Positions 14,401-28,888 of a stretch of 64,000 bases of DNA are shown here, one piece after another (position 1 is the stretch's first letter; every line of letters begins with the position of its first letter). This DNA comes from Eledone cirrhosa (lineage: Eukaryota). The position numbers and the translations under genes were made by a program. A model generated the notes under the pieces. The model had not been told where the DNA came from and made no database searches. It saw only the letters and a list, made by a program, of their open reading frames with translations. The stretch spans positions 87,854,001-87,918,000 of the forward strand of contig OZ024743.1 of NCBI GenBank assembly GCA_964016885.1, given 5' to 3'.

Positions 14401-15675
14401 CTCGTAAACCTGAGTTAACTAAACAACAATGTGATATCTGTGGTAAATCATTTTCTCGTAAACGGGAGTTAACTAAACAACAATGTGATATCTGTGGTAA
14501 ATCATTTTCTCGTAAACGGGAGTTAACTAAACAATAATGTGATATCTGTGGTAAATCATTTTCTCGTAAACAGGAGTTAACTAAACAACAATGTGATATC
14601 TGTGGTAAATCATTCTCTCGTAAACGTGAGTTAACTAAACAACAATGTGATATCTGTGGTAAATCATTCTCTCGTAAACGTGAGTTAACTAAACAACAAT
14701 GTGATATTTGTGGTAAATCATTCTCTCGTAAACGTGAGTTAACTAAACAACAATGTGATATCTGTGGTAAATCATTCTCTCGTAAACGTGAGTTAACTAA
14801 ACAACAATGTGATATCTGTGGTAAATCATTCTCTCGTAAACCTGAGTTAACTAAACAACAATGTTATATCTGTGGTAAATCATTTTCTCGTAAACGGGAG
14901 TTAACTAAACAACAATGTGATATCTGTGGTAAATCATTTTCTCGTAAACGGGAGTTAACTAAACAACAATGTGATATCTGTGGTAAATCATTTTCTCGTA
15001 AACGGGAGTTAACTAAACAACAATGTGATATCTGTGGTAAATCATTTTCTCGTAAACGGGAGTTAACTAAACAACAATGTGATATCTGTGGTAAATCATT
15101 TTCTCGTAAACGGGAGTTAACTAAACAACAATGTGATATCTGTGGTAAATCATTCTCTCGTAGACGTGAGTTAACTAAACAACAATGTGATATCTGTGGT
15201 AAATCATTCTCTCGTAGACGTGAGTTAACTAAACAACAATGTGATATCTGTGGTAAATCATTCTCTCGTAAACGTGAGTTAACTAAACAACAATGTGATA
15301 TCTGTGGTAAATCATTCTCTCGTAAACCTGAGTTAACTAAACAACAATGTGATATCTGTGGTAAATCATTCTCTCGTAAACGGGAGTTAACTAAACAACA
15401 ATGTGATATCTGTGGTAAATCATTCTCTCGTAAACGTGAGTTAACTAAACAACAATGTGATATCTGTGCTAAATCATTCTCTCGTAAACGGGAGTTAACT
15501 AAACAACAATGTGATATCTGTGGTAAGATAGATCATTTAATATTTATATATAAAAATTCATTCTTACAGGAGAGAAACCATACCACAGTGATATCTGTAG
15601 AAAATCATTCTCTTAAAGTGGTGAATTAACTGGACACAAACGTATTCATACAGGGAAGAAACCATATTACTGTGA
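11490..15675 (+). pseudogene. C2H2 zinc-finger pseudogene containing an amplified finger fragment
   Basis: Flanking degenerate fingers: GEKPYHCDIYGKS..SSELT*HK, TGENPYHC and [36 protein letters not shown]. Confidence 0.85.
11622..15526 (+). repeat. 54-bp minisatellite, 72 full units, each encoding CDICGKSFSRK(R/P/Q)ELTKQQ
   Basis: Period 54 with no indels (11622+72x54=15510); in-frame TAA only at 13995 and 14535. Confidence 0.97.
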
Positions 15676-16232
15676 TTGTGGTGGTGGTGGTGGTGGTGGT
15701 GGTGGTGGTGGTGGTGGAGAGGTGGGGGGTTACATCAGAATACATATTTAAATTGTATATTGTGTGTGTATGTGTATGTTTTGTGTGGGGTTGTAGGTGT
15801 GTTGATATGATGGTGTACGTATGTTGGTGTGTGTATGTTTTTGAAGGTGTGTTGATATGATAGTGTATGCATGTTGGTGTGTATATTATGTGTGTGTGTG
15901 TGTGTTGCTGCGTGTATATGTTGCTGTCTGTGTATCTGTATTGGCATGTGTATAAAGGTGTATGTTAGTGAGTGTACATGTGTGCGTATTGGTGTGTGAA
16001 TGCGTATGTGTGTGTTAGTGTAAATCTGTGTGTGTGTGTGTCTTTGTCGATGTAAGCGGGTCTGTAGTGAGGAGGGGGAGAACATGAGAGGAAGTGTGGC
16101 AGGGTAGGGCGGGGTGGGAACTTGATTAGTCACTACTTACACCCTGTGGTCATTGTTGATAACAGAGGGTCCAGGAAGTCTGTGAGGGTCAATAGAGGGA
16201 ACTAACCAGCCGAGAGAACTCCACACTGTAAC

Positions 16233-16426
16233 ACATACATACATACATACATACATACATACATACATACATACATACATACATACATACATACATACAT
16301 ACATACATACATACATACATACATACATACATACATACTTACATACATACTTACATACATACATACTTACATACATACATACTTACATACATACATACAT
16401 ACATACATACTTACATACATACATAC

Positions 16427-16457
<31 letters not shown>

Positions 16458-16512
16458 CATACATACATACATACATACATACATACATACATACATACAT
16501 ACATACATACAT
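16233..16512. repeat. (ATAC)n microsatellite
   Basis: Direct reading. Confidence 0.95.
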
Positions 16513-16745
16513 AGAGGCACACGTATATATATATACACACACACATACATTCATATATATCTCATCGAAGTGTGAAAGCCAAGTTATTGACTGTATGTCA
16601 TTACAACAACCACAACCACAACCACAACAACAACAACCACAACAACAACAACAACAACAATGACAATAGGAAGGGATTTAGTCAATTTAGTAAATCACTG
16701 CTTGAATGAGTCAATGGAATGTATCATGGCAGTAATTAGTCAGAC

Positions 16746-16853
<108 letters not shown>

Positions 16854-17096
16854 TAGACATAGATTGATAGATATAGCTATACATATGTATCATCATCATC
16901 ATCATCATCATCGTTTTAACGTCCGATTTCTTTGCTAGCATACATATACATACATGTACATACACACACATACACACACACACATATATATATATATCAT
17001 CATCATCATCATCATATTACGTATATATATATATATACACACATATGGACATATATATAGATAGACAGATAGATAGATAGGCAAACAGACAGATAA

Positions 17097-17142
<46 letters not shown>

Positions 17143-17175
17143 GTGTATATAAATGTGTGTGTGTGTGCGTATGCA

Positions 17176-17254
<79 letters not shown>

Positions 17255-17258
17255 ATAT

Positions 17259-17626
<368 letters not shown>

Positions 17627-18027
17627 ATATATGTATGTGTGTGTCTGTGTACAACATGTATAGCCATTATCACTACAAGAACATATACACACAAACGTAC
17701 ATATACTTATATATTTAGCTTGCTGCCTTTGTGTTCCATCTGTCTTGGATCAGTAACTTCTTAGGAGATCGTACTGGCACAGAGCTTGCTGACGGAGTTC
17801 TGCCTAACCTATACTGTATAATCTTTGGGTTCGGCGTTCGGCGTTTGACTTCCCCACCCTTACATTCACACTCCCACTCATACACACACATACACACATT
17901 TCCTCCTTTACATTATCAACCTACCTGTTGACACCAACAATATTCACACCTATATAGATGTACGTCGCTTCCTGGGAGATGCCAATATTGTAGCATATGC
18001 TGATAGAGCTCTCTCTCTCTCTCTCTC

Positions 18028-18115
<88 letters not shown>

Positions 18116-18480
18116 AATGGTAAGCCACATAATTCGGCTCTGTCCTCCTCACTATACACCAACAACCGTCACCTTCAACAGCCCCCACTCCTCCACATAT
18201 AACACAACCCAATATACTTACTGCCCGTCCTCTACCTCATCCATACTAGGCATCTCACGTCACACCTTACACTGGCTCCAGAGACAAGAGACCTTGAAAA
18301 CATCCACCAATGATGGTGGTAGTGTAGGGCGTAGATTTGTAACAATCTTATTCCTTTCAACCGCCTCTGTGTTGTGTTGGATCTCCGTCGGCTCCGACGA
18401 AGAGTGTTCCAGTTGTTCGATCAACAGAGCAGCCTGTTCGTGAATTAACTTGTATTATCATAAACTTGATGTGGTAGCTT

Positions 18481-19033
18481 ATTATGTCAACTATATTTTA
18501 CAGATAGAATGTATACAATGATGGAACTATTTTGTTATCTGTTAAACATAAACATATTATATCAACTATATTTTACAGAAGTTATACAATGATGGAAATA
18601 TGTTTTTATCTGTTAAACATAAACATATTATGTCAACCATATTTTACAGAAGTTATACAATGGTGGAAATATGTTGTTATCTGTTAAACATAAACATATT
18701 ATGTCAACTATATTTTACAGAAGTTATACAATGGTGGAAATATTTTGTTATCTGTTATATATAAACATATTATGTCAACTATATTTTACAGAAGTTATAC
18801 AATGGTGGAAATATTTTGTTATCTGTTATATATAAACATATTATGTCAACTATATTTTACAGAAGTTATACAATGGTGGAAATATTTTGTTATCTGTTAT
18901 ATATAAACATATTATGTCAACTATATTTTATAGACAGAAGTTATACAATGATGGAAATATTTTGTTATCTGTTATATATAAACATATTATGTCAACTATA
19001 TTTTACAGAAGTTTTACAATGATGGGAATATTT
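18481..19033. repeat. About 71-bp AT-rich minisatellite, 7-8 copies
   Basis: atgtcaacta recurs at 18701, 18772 and 18843. Confidence 0.9.
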
Positions 19034-20031
19034 TTAAAAAAAGATAAAAACAAAATTTAAGTAATGAAAAAACAAGAGGGAAGAGGTAAAGAAGGGCAGA
19101 TATGGCTGTGGGGGTGGTGTAGTGTTATGTGTTGTGTAATCGAACAGGGTGATGTTGTAATATATAGGATGTAGTGAAGGGCAGATATGGCTGTATAGGA
19201 AAGTAGAGGAAAAGAGTATAAATGCCATAAATATGAAGTAAAAGAGGGAAAGATGAAGGAGTGTTAAGCACTTGTAAGTGGCTGAGCATTCCACATTCTC
19301 TTAACCCGTCTGAAACTACCCTTTTCGTTAATACAAAACTACCCATTTTAAAATGTGTATTTCATATCGAAATATGATAACAAAAGGGTTAACGTAGGTC
19401 TCAGGGAGCAAGGCTGCCCCTTTAAATTACCAAGACGACGTATTTTTCCCCTCTGAGTGGACTGGAGCGATGTGAAAAAGAGTGTCTTGCTCAAGGACAC
19501 AACACGCCGCCAGGAATTAAACTCATAGCCTTACGATGGTGAGCCGAACTCCCTAACAGATGAGCTACGTGACTGTACAGTAGTAGATATACAATGATAG
19601 AGATAGACAGAAAGATATATAGTGATAGAGATAGATAGACACATATAAAGATAGAGGTGCCTCTCTCTCTCTCTCTCTTTGTGTGTGTGTGGTGTGTGTT
19701 GTGTGTGTGTGTGTGTGTGAAACAGACAGAGAGGCAGATGTATAGTGATATAGATAGATAGAGAGATATATAGAGAGTCAGAAACATATATATTGACATG
19801 GGTAGATAGACAGACATGTATATAGTGACAGAGAGAGAGGGAGAGGAGGGGGGGAGATGTACAGAGACATGTATATATAATGACAGAGATAGAAAGACGG
19901 AGAGAGAGAGCGGGTGGGGGAGAGAGAGAGAATGTGTGTGTGAGAGAGAGAGAGAGACATACAGACAGACAGAGACATGTATAGTGATAATGATAGACAG
20001 AAAAAAGAGACATAAAGAGGGGCAGAGATAC

Positions 20032-20034
<3 letters not shown>

Positions 20035-20111
<77 letters not shown>

Positions 20112-20128
20112 TCTTTAATAGAGGAAGG

Positions 20129-20170
<42 letters not shown>

Positions 20171-20227
20171 CAGATATATAGAGAGACAGAGAAAGAGAGA
20201 GAGAGACTTTAATAGAGGCAGGGATAG

Positions 20228-20261
<34 letters not shown>

Positions 20262-20389
20262 ACAGGCAGATATATAGAGAGACAGGCAGATAGAGAGACA
20301 GGCAGATAAAGAGAGAGAGAGAGAGAGAGACAGGCAGATATATAGAGAGACAGAGAAAGAGAGAGAGACTTTAATAGAGGCAGGGATAG

Positions 20390-20472
<83 letters not shown>

Positions 20473-20535
20473 CAGATATATAGAGAGACAGAGAAAGAGA
20501 GAGAGAGACTTTAATAGAGGCAGGGATAGATAGAT

Positions 20536-20567
<32 letters not shown>

Positions 20568-20620
20568 GGAGAGAGAGAGAGACAGAGAGAGAGACAGACA
20601 GAGAGAAAGAGAGAGAGAGG
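20035..20620. repeat. (GA)n/(GATA)n compound repeat with a recurring ctttaatagaggcaggg core
   Basis: Core seen four times. Confidence 0.85.
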
Positions 20621-20862
20621 GGTGGGGGGCTAAAGGTATTGACAAGGTAGTGGGTCGTCTATGAAGATAAGAAGGTTGTGGGGGAAGGGGCACTGTATTG
20701 AAAGAGTTATCGATATTCTAGTTGTAAATAGATCGATATTGAAAAGGGTAGATAGGTAGGAGTGGAGATAGAGTAATCATTGTGGCAGCAGGAATGCACT
20801 GATGCATCACTGCACATTCTGCTGACAAAAGGTATGAATACCTTACACTACAACTTACTGAT

Positions 20863-20926
<64 letters not shown>

Positions 20927-20928
20927 CA

Positions 20929-21030
<102 letters not shown>

Positions 21031-21038
21031 TGTATGTA

Positions 21039-21181
<143 letters not shown>

Positions 21182-21194
21182 GTATATATATATG

Positions 21195-21257
<63 letters not shown>

Positions 21258-21316
21258 ATATATATATATATATATATAGGTATATATATATATAGGTATA
21301 TATATATATATATAGG

Positions 21317-21349
<33 letters not shown>

Positions 21350-21359
21350 GTATATAAAA

Positions 21360-21417
<58 letters not shown>

Positions 21418-21468
21418 ATATATATATATATATATGTGTATATATATATATATATATATACACATATA

Positions 21469-21539
<71 letters not shown>

Positions 21540-21549
21540 TTTTATATAC

Positions 21550-21582
<33 letters not shown>

Positions 21583-21611
21583 CCTATATATATACATATA
21601 TATATACATAC

Positions 21612-21643
<32 letters not shown>

Positions 21644-21645
21644 GC

Positions 21646-21706
<61 letters not shown>

Positions 21707-21871
21707 CATACATTCCATCACTGGTTTCAGTCATTAGACAGCAGACATGTTGGGGTACCACCTTGATATATTCGATCATATGATTTATCGATCTTTTATT
21801 TGTGGTACTGCTAAGTTACAGGGCATAACCACAGGCGCAGACGAAAACATAGACATGAGCACACACACAAC

Positions 21872-21965
<94 letters not shown>

Positions 21966-21994
21966 CACACATATATCGTCCTTGTTTTATTTCA

Positions 21995-22180
21995 TTTGAA
22001 TTGGCAGTATCGGTAGAGGGTCGGACGCCATGCTTTGCAGCATAGAGTTACGTCTCTTTATGGTCTGAGTTCAAATCCCGCCGAGGTTAACTTTGCCTTT
22101 CATCCTTACGGGATCGATAAAATAAAGTACCAGTAATGTACTGGGTAATTGCTGGCCTTGTGCCAAAAGTAGAAACAATT
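21995..22180 (+). mobile_element. tRNA-derived SINE family 1 (copies near 3115, 24592, 25831 -, 28886 -, 29675, 34768, 37645, 41640 -, 51925, 62083, 63322)
   Basis: ttggcagtatcggtag...gagttcaaatcccgccgaggttaactttgcctttcatccttacgg..tcgataaaataaagtaccag...gtagaaacaatt. Confidence 0.9.
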
Positions 22181-22422
22181 ATATATATATGTATATATAC
22201 ATATATATGTATATATACATCTATATATATATATATATAGGAACGAGTAGGACTCCGACGGCTGAGCTCGAGCCATTTCAACGGCTAACAGACTTAGCCG
22301 TAGAAACGGCTTGAGCTCAGCCGTCGGGGTCCTACTCGTTCCTATTACCCACTCTACTACCCCAAGTATTGAGTACTTTGGTGCGTTACGGTCCATTTGG
22401 TTCCTTACCACATTTCCTTCGT

Positions 22423-22479
<57 letters not shown>

Positions 22480-22984
22480 AAATGTGTGAGATCCTTGGTA
22501 TAGTTAGGTATATTTTTAAAAAAAAGGGAAAAGAATGACTTCACTTGTAATGTTAAAAAAATGTTTGATTTAATGTTATAATATTATAATATTATGAGTT
22601 GGTAGATCAAGTAAGTTCTTTGTTAACTTCGGTGGGAAGAATTTTAGAGATTCCTGGTTAATTTGGGTTGGAGAACTTTCTCGCATTCAAGTCTGTGACA
22701 GTGTTTATATATTTAAGACGGGCTTCTGCAGTTTCCGTCTACCAAATTCCACTCACGAGATATAGATAGAAAGGTAGATAGATATTTATTATAGAAAAGG
22801 CTTCTACAGAACTAGAACTGTTTCATTCGAAGGAAATCATCCGAATGAAACAGTTCTAGTCCTGTAGAAGCCTCTTCGATATTAAAAATTTATACTCTGG
22901 TATGTATTGAGTACCTTACTTACTGTGGTTACCCCCGATTGAACCCGAGATACACATATCTATATATCTATATCTACCTATCTA

Positions 22985-23023
<39 letters not shown>

Positions 23024-23027
<4 letters not shown>

Positions 23028-23070
23028 CTGATGATTTCTAAAGAATGAAACAGTTCTAGTCCTGTAGAAT
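23024..23070 (+). ncRNA. Type I hammerhead, family B (identical copy at 36903-36949; partial copies at 22845-22870 and 7106-7146 -)
   Basis: attc-CTGATGA-tttctaaagaat-GAAAcag-ttctagtc-ctgT-A-gaat. Confidence 0.8.
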
Positions 23071-23155
23071 CTCATCTATATTAAAACTTTTATACTCTGC
23101 AATGTATTGAGTACCTTACTTACTGTGGTTACCTCCGATTCAACCCGGAATAACG

Positions 23156-23199
<44 letters not shown>

Positions 23200-23478
23200 G
23201 TATAGTGGTAGCTATGGTGCTTCCATAGGCGCTATGCCAAAATTAGCACTCGATATTCATCAGAGTAGAGTGTAGATATTATAAAGAAAACGAAAAATCA
23301 GTGATGCATCTGGACTTAGTTTATTTCGTGTTACAAATGTTTCGCCGGCATGTAGCTCGAGTCATGGTCCTTGTATGGATCTGGCTGATTCTACTTCTGC
23401 GGGTTCTTTCAGACACGGGTGTTATGTCGGGAGCAAATTTTATCACCAGTGATAAAATTTGCTCCGGACATAACACCC

Positions 23479-23480
<2 letters not shown>
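23200..23480 (-). mobile_element. Family G short element (related copy at 25350-25570)
   Basis: Hammerhead 3' half gaaac-attt/aatt-gta-acac, gagtgct hairpin, shared cgcctatggaagca 3' end, (TA)n flanks. Confidence 0.6.
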
Positions 23481-23529
<49 letters not shown>

Positions 23530-23563
23530 GCCGGAGTATCGCTATGAGCTTTCTCCGATTATG

Positions 23564-23599
<36 letters not shown>

Positions 23600-23760
23600 A
23601 ACGAGTAGGATCCCGACGGCTGAGCTCAAGCCGTTTCGACGGCTAATTCTGGACTCAGAATTAGCCGTCGAAACTCGTTCCTATTACCCACTCTACTACC
23701 CTAAGTATTGAGTACTTTCGTACGTTATGGTCCACCTGGTTCCTTACCACATTTCCTTCG

Positions 23761-23838
<78 letters not shown>

Positions 23839-23954
23839 TGTGTGTGAGAGAAAGAGAGATGAGAACTCCAGTCATTAGAATCAAGGGGGTTGCTATGGGA
23901 TACACCAATTGATGGTGTTAACCAAATACCAACATCACTGAGAAATTAACAATA

Positions 23955-24190
23955 ATCACCACCACCAGCACTACCACCACTTCTACCATTACCACTATCT
24001 CTACTACAAACACCACCACCACCACCAGCACTACCACCCACACCACCACCACCACCACCACTACCACCCAAACCACCACCACCACCAGCACTACCACCAC
24101 TTCTACCATTACCACTATCTCTACTACAAACACCACCACCTCCACCAGCACTACCACCCAAACCACCACCACCACCACCACCACTACCAC
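23955..24190. repeat. (CAC/CTA)-rich repeat with a 120-bp internal duplication
   Basis: Lines 23941-24060 and 24061-24180 are near-identical. Confidence 0.8.
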
Positions 24191-24397
24191 CTTTTTCTAT
24201 TCCCAGTCCTCCTCCTCTCCCTCCTTTACATATGTTACTGGAAGGGGGGGGGGGGTATTGTTTATGTTGTTGATATTTATATTTTTATCATTATTGTTAA
24301 TGTTTGTATTGCTGTTGGTTCTCACTCATTGCTCCCTCTCATTGGACTGCGGCCATGCTGGGGGCTATTCCTTCAAGGGTTTTACACACACAGTCAT

Positions 24398-24536
<139 letters not shown>

Positions 24537-24932
24537 CATATATTTACACACACAGAGACATATATATATTATATGTATATATTATATATGGATTGGCAGT
24601 ATCGGTAGAAGGTCGGACACAATGCTTTGAAGCATAGAGTTACGTCCCTTTATGATCTGAGTTCGAATCCCGCCGAGGTTAACTTTGCCTTTTATCCTTA
24701 CGGGGTCGATAAAATAAAGTACCAGTAATACACTGGGATAATTGCTGGCCTTGTACCAAAAGTAGAAACAATTATATATATATATATAAATGAAGTATTT
24801 CCGTCGGAAAGGTACAGGAAAAAAGAGTGCTCTATGTAGGCTACAGAGCTTATTAGTTACATAACTATATATATATATATATATATATAAGAGGGTGTTA
24901 AAGTTTGCTTGAAGCATTGTGAAATGTGTAAA

Positions 24933-25308
24933 AATACGTATTTAAGAAAGCCACAACAATGCAAAGGGAAATCTCGAGGTAGGAAGTGAAATATAGATAG
25001 GAAAAACAGGTGAAAGTGAAAATTGAGAGAAACAAAGATGAAAACAAAATGCCGTTAACGGCATTCCTGTCTTAACGACATCACAACTTTCTCCGCTTAG
25101 CCTGTTCCCCCCCCTTTTGGAACTTTTCCCCCGTTGATGGGCGTGAGCCCGAAATATTGGGATTAAATCTCTACTACGGTAACCCTTCTACCTTTGTTTT
25201 GTTTTCATCTTTGTCTCTCTCAATTTTCACTTTCACCTGTTTTTCCTATCTATATTTCACTTCCTACCTCGAGATTTCCCTTTGCATTGTTGTGGCTTTC
25301 TTAAATAC

Positions 25309-25312
<4 letters not shown>
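24933..25312 (+). mobile_element. Fold-back element with about 115-bp inverted arms and a decayed hammerhead-like core
   Basis: 24933-25049 is the reverse complement of 25197-25312; ttgat-gggcgtgagccc-gaaat lies in the spacer. Confidence 0.6.
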
Positions 25313-25349
<37 letters not shown>

Positions 25350-25749
25350 GTAGAATAGAAAACGAAAAATCAGTGATGCATCTGAACTCAATTTATTGTG
25401 TTACAATTGTTTCACCGGTGGACAGCTCGAGACGCGATCATTGTGTGGATCTGTCTGATTGTGGACCCGCAGGTTCGACGGACACGTCTAATGATTTCGG
25501 AGCATATTCTCTCACTCAGAGTGCTCAACCGGCATACCGCCTATGGAAGCATCTTAGCTACCATCAGACACATATATATATATTATGTATATATATTATG
25601 TGCGTGTATATATATTATGGTGCGTGTGTTTCTTATTGGCAACATGACCCTCCCAAAGTATAACAATATCGGTTTCAACACACGTTTTCAGATAAAGAAT
25701 CTTGCTAAACAAATTCAGAAACGAAATATATATATATATATATATGTGT

Positions 25750-25792
<43 letters not shown>

Positions 25793-26020
25793 TATATTCA
25801 AAGATACCAATACGTATGTATAATATAATATAATTGTTTCTACTTTTGGCACAAGGCCACCAATTATCCAGTACATTACTGGTACTTTATTTTATCGACC
25901 CCGTAAGGATGAAAGGCAAAGTTAACCTCGGCGGGATTTGAACTCAGAAGGATAATATAATATAATATAAATACACACACATATATGTGTGTGTGTGTAT
26001 TTATATTGTGTGCGTGTGTG

Positions 26021-26066
<46 letters not shown>

Positions 26067-26617
26067 ACTATATATTATATACATATATATAAATAGATAC
26101 CTATTCATACACACATGCACACACACACACACACACACATACAAGATGTATCACTTCAACACACCGTCACAGTTACTCTCGCTCACAATAGTACTCCCAC
26201 AGTTACCTCCCTTGTAACTCCGGCTGGAACTGTTCATCATCTCGCTTTCTCTGTTTATATTTTCACGTGTCAAGTTAACGTAACGTTTATCTTACAACAT
26301 ATGTTTTACTTTCAATCTTCAGTCCTACCTCTGTCCCCGTTTGTTGGTGTTATTTTTTTTTTTTTTTTTTCGTAAAGGTCAGATGAATACTCTAAACACA
26401 TCAGGGCCCGTTACCAATACAAGGAGGTACTTGATGGCACCAGGCCCCTATATTTTTCTCGCATCTTCATTCCATAATTTCTCATTGATGTCAAACGCGT
26501 TATCGGCTAGTTACTAAACCGTACAACAGACATGGCTGAGTGGTGAAGATGTCTGCTTAGCAGTCACGATGTCCCAGGTTCGATTCTTAGGTAAATGTTT
26601 TTTAGCAGTTTTGCGAG

Positions 26618-26906
26618 CAGGGCCGAATTTAATGGGGGCAAAGAGGGCTATTCCCACCCCGTTCAGTGACGGGACCCACCAACGACGGCCATAGCAATTT
26701 ATTTGTTCCCTCAGCTGGGCTTTTTAGTTTTAGGATGGTTAGAATTTTTAAATTTAATACCTTTATGTATAACTTTTCAATTCCGGCTAATTCAAGGTAA
26801 CTTTGATATGTAAAATTGAGGGGTTTGCTGCGTATTTTAATTTATGAGGCCTACCCTTCTCCAAACCTGAAGTGCCCTGGTCCCCCAAGGTCTAAATCCA
26901 GCCCTG
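26618..26906. mobile_element. hAT-like MITE inserted in a SINE
   Basis: Termini cagggccgaattta/taaatccagccctg; degenerate 8-bp TSD tttgcgag/cttgtgag. Confidence 0.65.
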
Positions 26907-26959
26907 CTTGTGAGGGTTATTAGATAGACGGAAATTTAGTTCGATATATTGCGTCACTC

Positions 26960-27150
26960 TGATTGTCCACTCAGCTGGCAGAAAAATTAGTTTTACCTGT
27001 AATTTAAAATGCCAGCCTTGTCACCGACTGTGTCACCCCGAATCTCCCTGAGAATTAGATTAACGATACACGTGTCTGTGGAATACTCGACCACTTTTAT
27101 GTGTATTCAGGAATTGTGGTTGTTCAGTTGATCGAACAACCCAATGCCCT
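26960..27150 (+). mobile_element. SINE 3' domain (copies 18395-18450 -, 29430-29550 -, 39745-39940 +, 58505-58705 -)
   Basis: tgtgtcac.ctgaatctccctgagaa.tacgttaag...gcacgttaattt. Confidence 0.65.
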
Positions 27151-27164
27151 TAGTTGAAACATTG

Positions 27165-27822
27165 TCGTCATCATCATCATCATCACCATCATCACCATCA
27201 TCACCACCACCATCATCACCACCACCATCACCACCGCCACCATCATCACCACCACCATCATCACCACCATAACTATCATCACCACCACCATCATCCCCAC
27301 CAACATTATCATCATCACCACCACCATCATCACCACTATCACTATCATCACCACTATTACCGCCACCACCACCATCATTATCATCATCACCACCACCATC
27401 ATCACCACCATAACTATCATCACCGCCACCATCATCACCACCACCATCATCACCACCACCACCATCATCACCACTATCACTATCATCACCACTATTACCT
27501 CCACCACCACCATCATTATCATTATCACCACCAACATCATCAACACCCTTACATTCCCCATCATCATCATCACCATCAACAGCATCATCAATACCATCAC
27601 CCCGCACACCACCATCAGCATCATCAATACCATCACCCCTCACACCATCATCAGCATCATCAATACCATCACCCCTCACACCATCATCAGCATCATCAAT
27701 ACCATCACCCCTCACACCATCATCAATACCATCACCCCTCACACCATCATCAGCATCATCAATACCATCACCCCTCACACCATCATCAATACCATCACCC
27801 CTCACACCATCATCAGCATCAT
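27165..27822. repeat. (CAT/CAC)n low-complexity tract grading into 39/30-bp repeats
   Basis: catcaataccatcacccctcacac repeated about 6 times. Confidence 0.9.
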
Positions 27823-27879
27823 CTACAGTTTGATGTAGATTCAGTTTCTAAACTAATTACTTCACTAATGGCCACAGAG

Positions 27880-27938
<59 letters not shown>

Positions 27939-28082
27939 GTAGGAGGTGAGTTTTATGTAGGAGGTGAGTTTTATTGTAGTACAATAAAGCAATGCAGATA
28001 TCGGATAAGAAGCACTCTACAGTTTGTAGGACTGGAGTATACATAATATATAAGATCAAAAGATGGTTAAAGGAGTTCCATG

Positions 28083-28153
28083 TATTTTATTATGCGCATT
28101 TCAAAAACAAATATCATCCTGCAATAACATTTGTGTTTTCATCAGATAAAATA
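28083..28153 (-). ncRNA. Type I hammerhead ribozyme
   Basis: tattttat-CTGATGA-aaacacaaatg..tatttgttttt-GAAAt-gcgc-aT-A-ataaaata: 8-bp stem I, palindromic atgcgcat. Confidence 0.8.
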
Positions 28154-28207
28154 GGAAGACATGATATGAAGGTTAAAAAACACTTGTGGATAGTGCAGTT
28201 TTAAATC

Positions 28208-28279
<72 letters not shown>

Positions 28280-28756
28280 AAACAAAGAAAATGTGGTAAG
28301 GAACCAGATGGACCATAACGCACCAAAGTACTCAATACTTAGGGTAGTAGAGTGAGTAATAGGAACAAGTATGACCCCGATGGCAGAGCTCAAGCCGTCT
28401 CGAGGGCTAATTCTGGACTATATGTATATAATGAGTTATATGGTTTGTTGATTATTCAACAAAGTTAATTTTACAACAGATTAGAAGCACTCTACAGGAT
28501 TTATCTGGAGTATCATTAATATTAAGAATATTAATAAATGAAAAAATCTTTATAAAACCATATATATTTTGTTTCTGAATTTTTGTAGCAAGATTCTTTA
28601 TCTGAAAACCTGTGTTGAAACCGATATTGTTATACTTTGGGAGGGTCATGTTGCCAATAAGAAATACACGCACAAGTTGCTTTCACATATATATTTTATT
28701 ATACGTATTATACTATCTTCACTGAACTTATACCATTAAGTTCACATGATGTTATA

Positions 28757-28813
28757 TTTTATCTGACGAAAACGTACTTAAATATTAGTACCCTTGAAAT
28801 ACGTATAATAAAA
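28757..28813 (+). ncRNA. Type I hammerhead ribozyme (relative of the 28083 copy)
   Basis: ttttat-CTGACGA-aaacgtact..agtaccctt-GAAAt-acgt-aT-A-ataaaa; palindromic atacgtat. Confidence 0.8.
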
Positions 28814-28854
28814 TAAATATGGTTTTATAAATATATTTTCCATTTATTAATATT

Positions 28855-28888
<34 letters not shown>

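Noticed and set aside
21995-22085. tRNA gene-like A and B boxes
   Set aside because: SINE heads present in many diverged copies with body and tail; no complete cloverleaf
27107-27942. Poly-His or Gly/Asp-rich ORFs
   Set aside because: (CAT/CAC)n low-complexity tract open in several frames on both strands; no splice or domain support
28590-28635. Hammerhead-like tat-ctgaaaa-cctgtgtt-gaaac-cgatatt-gtt-ata in family F (also 25660-25695 -)
   Set aside because: C3/A8 mismatch and weak stems II and III; cannot be called a ribozyme without a consensus
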